From Haliotis cracherodii (lineage: Eukaryota), in the NCBI RefSeq assembly GCF_022045235.1, contig NW_027266308.1, positions 21,390,001 to 21,454,000 on the forward strand: a DNA stretch of 64,000 nt, in the 5' to 3' direction. Under the pieces are notes generated by a model. It was not told the DNA's origin. It did no database searches and worked only from the letters and a program-made list of their open reading frames with translations. The position numbers were made by a program, and so were the translations under genes. This document shows, piece by piece, positions 57,778 through 64,000 of the stretch (position 1 is the first letter of the stretch; every line of letters starts with the position of its first letter).

Positions 57778-60700
57778 GCTGCAAGCAGCAATGGCGGGCT
57801 CCAAGTAACACTGTGCCCAAACGTCCATGTTCGAATCCTCAAACGGTTTCCTTGAACCAAATCCGTCAAATGTAGGCACCACTTGCAGGGTATCGTCGCA
57901 AGGGAAATGGCGTGTGCCAGGGTGTCCAGGTCTGTTCTAAAACCATTTCCGACCTCGAACATGTTCGAATCCATAAAAGGTTGGCTTGTTCCAACTCTGT
58001 CAAGAGATAGTCACCGAAAATCGCCGCTACGAAATTGGCGTGTTCCAGGGGTGTCCCAAATATAAATCAAATATTACCACCAAGCGGTGTTACTTTTAGC
58101 ATACAACCAACAACAATAAATGAGATGCATATTGCACACTAACTTCATGTAAACTTGCAATAGTTTCTGTGGAGAACCTTACAAAATTTTGTTGAAAAAA
58201 ATGATCAAAATCAAAATTCAATACGTCCGTAACCAAAAAAGAATTCCAAAATCGGCTATTAAGGTTTGATGTGTTATGTATGGAGACAATTATCAAAAAG
58301 TTTGAAAGCATTTCATGCAGCGGACTCGGAGTTGTTTGCGTTTAAAGACAGGTACCCAATAAACACTGCGGAAACCTTGAATCCATAATGGCTGCCAAAC
58401 CACGTGACCAATGACCAAAGTCAAAGAACAAAAAATGAGGTACATATAGCACACTTACTTCATGTAAAACAATCAATAGTTTCTGTGGAGAACCTTACAA
58501 GATGTGATATTTATAGTAAAATTTCGATGAAAAAAAATGATCAAAATCAAAATTCAATACGGCTGTAACTAAAAAAGAATTCCAAAATCGGCTACTAAAG
58601 TTTGATGTGTTATTTATGGAGACAATTATCAAAAAGTTTGAAAGCATTTCATGCTGTGGACTCGGAGTTGTTTGCGTTTAAAGACAGGTACCCCCAAAAC
58701 ACTGTGGAAACCTTGAATCCATAATGGCTGCCAAACCACGAGACCAATGACCAAAGTCAAAGAACAAAAAATGTCAAGCAGCTCAAGCAGCAGATACATG
58801 CAAGGTTTCAAAGTAATCGGATAAGCGGTTGCTGAGCAATAGGGCGAAATACATCTTCAAAATATTCTGTTCTTTTAGTTATCTGCCCTTGGCTTTTGGG
58901 CCTACGGCCTTGGGTTTTTGGCGGGCACTAGTACCCAAAGGTCCACATACACACACAAAATGTGAACAAAATCGAGCCAGTGGTTATTTTTCTAGCTCTG
59001 GTACAAACATCAGCGGAATAATAATAATAATATTAAATCAAACGCTAACACTGGGACTCTTCAGCCTTTCGGCTTGGTGACTCTTTAACAGGCCGTAACT
59101 TCTTTGTCAGTTGGGCTCCAGTCAAACGGATTAGCGTTCTGCGTTCGTCCGGGCCCCGGGTTCCTGTCGCATTGCTGAGATAAAGTGATAAATCTGTTTC
59201 CCACCTCGTTCATATATTCGAATCCTCAAAGGGTTTACCTGTACCAACGCCGTCAAATGTAAAGAACCTCTTGTGAGACATCACCACTACTAAATTGACC
59301 TGGGTGTCCCAGGATGTTTTAACCAATTTCCAACTTCGACCATGTTCGAATCCTGAAATGGTTTGTTAGTACAAACGCCATCAAATGTAATGAACCGCTT
59401 GTGAGACATCGCCACATGTGTCCCAGTGTGTTCTTAACCCATGTTTGACTTCGACCATGTTCGAATTCGCATATGGTTTGTTTGTACCAACGCCATCAAA
59501 TGTAATGAACCGCTTGTGAGACATCACCACACGTGTCCCAGTGTGTTCTTAACCCATGTTTGACTTCGACCATGTTCGAATCCCCAAATGGTTTGCTTGT
59601 ACCAACGCCATCAAATGTAAAGAACCTCTTGTGAGACATCACCACTACTAAATTGACCTGGGTGTCCCAGGATGTTTTAACCAATTTCCAACTTCCACCA
59701 TGTTCGAATCCTCAAATGGTTTGTTTGTACCAACGCCATCAAATGTAAGGAACCACTTGCAAGACATCGCCACATGTGTCCCAGTGTGTTCTCAACCCAT
59801 GTTTGACTTCGACCATGTTCGAATCCGCATATGGTTTGCTTGTACCAACGCCATCAAATGTAGTAGACCGCTTGTGAGACATCACCACACGTGTCCAGGG
59901 TGTTCTTAACCCATGTTTGACTTCGACCATGTTCGAATCCTGAAATGGTTTGTTAGTACAAACGCCATCAAATGTAATGAACCGCTTGTGAGACATCACC
60001 ACACGTGTCCCAGTGTGTTCTTAACTCATGTTTGACTTCGACCATGTTCGAATCCGCATATGGTTTGCTTGTACCAACGCAATCAAATGTAATGAACCGC
60101 TTGTGAGACATCACCACACGTGTCCCAGTGTGTTCTTAACTCATGTTTGACTTCGACCATGTTCGAATCCGCATATAGTTTGATTGTACCAACTCCGTCA
60201 AAAGAGAGTCACCGTTTGCGGGACATTACCAAATTGGCGTGTGCCACAGTTTCCCAGAGTGTACTAAACCAATTTCCGACCTCGACCATATTCTAATCCG
60301 CAAATGGTTTGCTTTAAACAAAGCCGTCAAAAATAAGGTACCCTAGCAATTGGCAATTGAGAAATGAAGAATCAAGTCTGAAGCGAGTCTGACCACCCAA
60401 TCGGATTTGTCGCCTCCTGTGACAAGCATAGTTGCCTCTTGAGGCAAGCATCGGTTGAAAAAGGCCAATTCTGATCCTGGTCGTCAAGGGTAGTACACAC
60501 AATATTGAACAAGGCTGTGGAGAACGCTTGGATATCTGCAAAGCCAGGGAATGGGGGTGTATGGTAGATTTATGAGGCGCTTCGTTCAGTATTTGTACTC
60601 AAGTCTGATTTTTTTACTTAAATCAAATAATACCACACCAAGCAGTGGTGCTTTCAGTATGCAACCCAGCACAAAATGAGCTACATATAGTCTCAAAACT

Positions 60701-61428
60701 TCATGCAATCTTTCAATAGTTTCTGTTAAGAACCTTACAAGCTATGATCTTAAAGGTAAAATTTCGGTGACAAAAATGATCAAAATCAAAATCCAATATG
60801 GCCGCAACTACAAAACATATCGAAAAACGGCTATGCTGATTTGTTGTGTTCTGTATGGAGACAATTCTCAGAAAGTTTGAAAGCTTTTCATGCAGTGGAT
60901 TCAGAGGAGATAGTATTTGAAGACAGGTACCCAAAACACCCTTTGGAAACCTTGAATCCAATATGGTTGCCTAGCCACGTGTCCAATGACCAAAGTCAAA
61001 GAACAAAAAATGTCAAGCAGCTCAAGCATCAGATACATGCAAGGTTTCAAAGTAAACGGAACAATGGTTGTGGAGCAACAGGGCAAAATATATCGTCCAA
61101 AAATACTTGTTTTTCAGTTATCTGCCCTTGGCCTTTGGGCCTATGGGCTTGGCTTTTTGGCGGGCACTAGTACCCAACGGTCTACAAACACGCACAAAAT
61201 TTGAACAAAATCGAGCTAGTGGTTATTTTGCTAGGGCAGGTACAAAAATCGGCGGAATAATAAATAATAATAATAATAATAAATAATAATAATAATAATA
61301 ATAATAAATCGAACGATTACAATAGGGCTCTACAGCCTTTCGGCTTGGAGCCCTAATAATAATAATAATAATAATAATAAATCGAACGATTACAATAGCG
61401 CTCTACAGCCTTTCGGCTTGGAGCCCTA
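57778..61428 (-). mobile_element. Non-autonomous Helentron-type (HINE/DINE-1-like) composite element with internal tandem repeats
   Basis: Terminal stem-loop GCTGCAAGCAGC (57778-57789); subterminal IR GGGCTCCAAG (57796-57805) / CTTGGAGCCC (61344-61353); hairpin AGGGCTCTACAGCC-TTTC-GGCTTGGAGCCCT; (AAT)n microsatellite; internally duplicated blocks. Confidence 0.75.
59205..60315. repeat. Satellite array, ~9.5 units of 115 and 128 bp
   Basis: CATGTTCGAAT recurs at 59341, 59456, 59571, 59699, 59814, 59928, 60043, 60158. Confidence 0.9.
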
Positions 61429-64000
61429 ACAAGGTTTCTATAACTTGTACGTTTAGTTGTACATATGTTGTATAATTAACATAACTATTTCATATTCTTG
61501 TGTAAATCATTCAATTGTAGCGGGAAAGTAACAGACATAAAGAATAATATGTTGTAAAATTGTTACAGTTTTGGGCATTAAAAAAAGGTTTTCTTGTTTC
61601 TCACTCTTTGTATGACTTTTTCCAAATGTTCTGTTTATGAGGCAGGATTTAACGTTTTAGAAGGTTAGAAACATAGAAATGTAAATGTATTTCTAATCTA
61701 CCACATGACCTCTTTTCGTCACACCTTACAGCTCGAAGAAGGAAGAGGCGGCCCCGAGGCCGTAGAAACCACATTTACGCTCCCGCGCGAACACGACACA
61801 CAGGTCGAGGAGATATCTTCAACAATATGCTTTGGAAGATGCATAATTTAAGTCCAATCAAAGTACTCTTACGAGCTCTTATGAGCGACGGAGGCGACGA
61901 AGCCACTTCCTAAACGAGGTCATGGAAGTGAATGGATCCAGCTTACTTATCACAAAAGCATGGGTATATAACTCACATGTCTGGATAATCGATCATGTCA
62001 ATACATACATGTGTATGAGCACATCAGTGGCAAATCATTCTGTAGCAGAATTTAAGTCATTTTGTTCGATCATATAATAGATCCTACAATGAAAGTTACT
62101 AATTACATGAAGTAGGTTGTTTAGGGCTCATCACACATGTTCCAGGGCACCGTTCCATAACGGGATCTTCGCGCTTAGTCGGAACTTTGTTTTTAGGATT
62201 GGGGGTTATGATGTCCTAGTGAGTCAGTGCGTGAGACTGGTTTTACGCCGATTTTTGCAATATTCCAGGAATATCACGGCGGGGGACACCAGAAATGGGC
62301 TTCAAACATTGGACCCATGTGAGGAATCGAACCCGGGTTTTCGTCGTGACGAGCGAACGCTTTACCCACTAGGCTTCCCCACCGCCTTATGATGTCCTTG
62401 GGGTAGATCACTCCGTGGTGAGGGGCCTGGCCTTTTACTAACCGTTGAGGAACACACATGTACGAAACTGTGTTGCATATTTTGCGAGACATTCCATTTC
62501 AAGAAACTATACGCTCATTGGTGGAATGTAACTACGTTGATTGATTGACTGATTGACACTGGATAGACATTATAGATTGCTTTTGGGGGATGATAATAAA
62601 CATGATAGATATCAAAATCAACCAGAATAAGTTATGTTCTGTTGTGCTTCATAAGATTACCATAAATCATGAGATTACTGTAGTTGAATAAACATTTCCT
62701 CGTCTAGGTACATGCATATGTATGTCTTCTCTCCCTCAGCACTGGTGTGGGCAATGGCTGAGGAGAGATGCTGACACCCACGTCTCTCAGCTTATCTGCA
62801 TATGTCGATGGCAGCTGTTTATTATTAAAAATAAAATGTCTCAGCATATCAGATTGGAAACATAGGTATGTTCCATTTGTCTCATTCCAAATTCCATTCC
62901 ATACTTAACACTATGCACCCGAAACTGCTTATTAATAAAAAAAACTAGGTGATCTTACTCTTTTGCACGTTTTAGCTTGGTGATTATTCACACGCGTTAA
63001 AAAGTAATAAAACCCCACAATGTACTACATTTTAGGCCAATCAATGTACTTGTACATACGTTGGCAGTGTTCTGTTATATTAATACCAGGAGATCTCCAT
63101 TCTGTTTATTGTGAAAAAAACCCAATGTAGTCAAATTTAAACAATAAGTAAACAGAAGCTACGTGGAATACTGTGAGACACCATTTGTATTTTACGCCAT
63201 TTGTACAAACCGTCCACTCTTGTGAGTATTTTTCATTGACATACATACCGTGCAGGTCACCTATTATATACCCTCAATTTTGTCTTTGTGACCGGAATGA
63301 AATGCTGTTAGGTATGACCAAGTAAAGTAAGCCTGATAGTCGTGTGTTGGCGTTACAAACAGTAAATGTACAGGTATGGTCTTACATTCTACACATATTC
63401 ATACATCGAATGTACACAACGAACAGGCCTCCTTCACACTATTGCTATGTCAACACGACTGGAGCAGTGAACTGAACGCTGTGCTGTACCCAGTCCCTTT
63501 ACCGAGAACGTGTCATCTATAAATAGATACCGTTGGGCTTTCCAGTGACTTGGGATATGCTTTGATATTATTATGATGAATGCTCTCTGATGCTGTGTGG
63601 CTCGGAAGCGCAGCATAGCCAGGTTCCCAGATAACAGACCATCAGATAGGTAAGAGTTGTTTGTACTATACAAATATGTACTATGTGAAACACGTTTCTT
63701 TTCTGTATGTAACGTTTTCATGCAGTATAAATGGGAATACTACAAGCAAACATGTATTTGATATTTATAGAACCTAAATGCAGGCTAATAACAATAACAA
63801 ATAAGCATGACTCTATTGTGAGGTTATCTAGGACAATATCCATCTGTACTTGAGTGCATCAGTCTAGGTACACGAGGTTTGCAGTTAAACCTATACGTCC
63901 AATATCTAGAGCATTTACATATCGTATGTGCCAAGGGGCCATTTGCATGAACTGTTGATTTAATATAAAATCAATCATTTGTCGATCATAGAATGCATAA

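Noticed and set aside
59205-60315. Regular repeat array superficially like a CRISPR locus; ORFs 59496-59684, 59700-59909, 59739-60002
   Set aside because: Whole units repeat with no unique spacers, no cas genes, eukaryotic context; the ORFs are by-products of the satellite.

Overview
AT-rich, intron-containing animal DNA with four N-gaps (3912-4139, 19421-19575, 21256-21411, 23499-23705). The SINE and transposon content suggests a mollusc, plausibly a gastropod such as abalone; this is inference only. Splicing exons by hand from GT-AG junctions and reading frame gives five apparently complete genes in two tandem clusters. (1) Three paralogous 10-exon genes (minus 6252-14734, minus 17193-25798, plus 31131-38916) each encode a ~405-412 aa protein: signal peptide, TWO tandem lipocalin domains, a Cys-containing micro-exon, and a hydrophobic GPI-signal-like tail. 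Each domain has a retinol-binding-protein/purpurin-type six-cysteine pattern and 0-2-1-1 intron phases. The ORF track shows only fragments of these genes. (2) Two tandem IFI44/IFI44L-like genes (TLDc + P-loop GTPase; plus 44898-50247 and 53160-57270), each preceded by an ISRE-like GAAACCGAAA motif. Introns and spacers are full of decayed mobile DNA: mariner/Tc1 remnants, Penelope-like, R4/Dong-like and other LINE fragments, at least four SINE families, MITEs, and a ~3.6 kb Helentron-type non-autonomous element carrying a 115/128-bp satellite. All homology calls are from motif recognition, not database searches.
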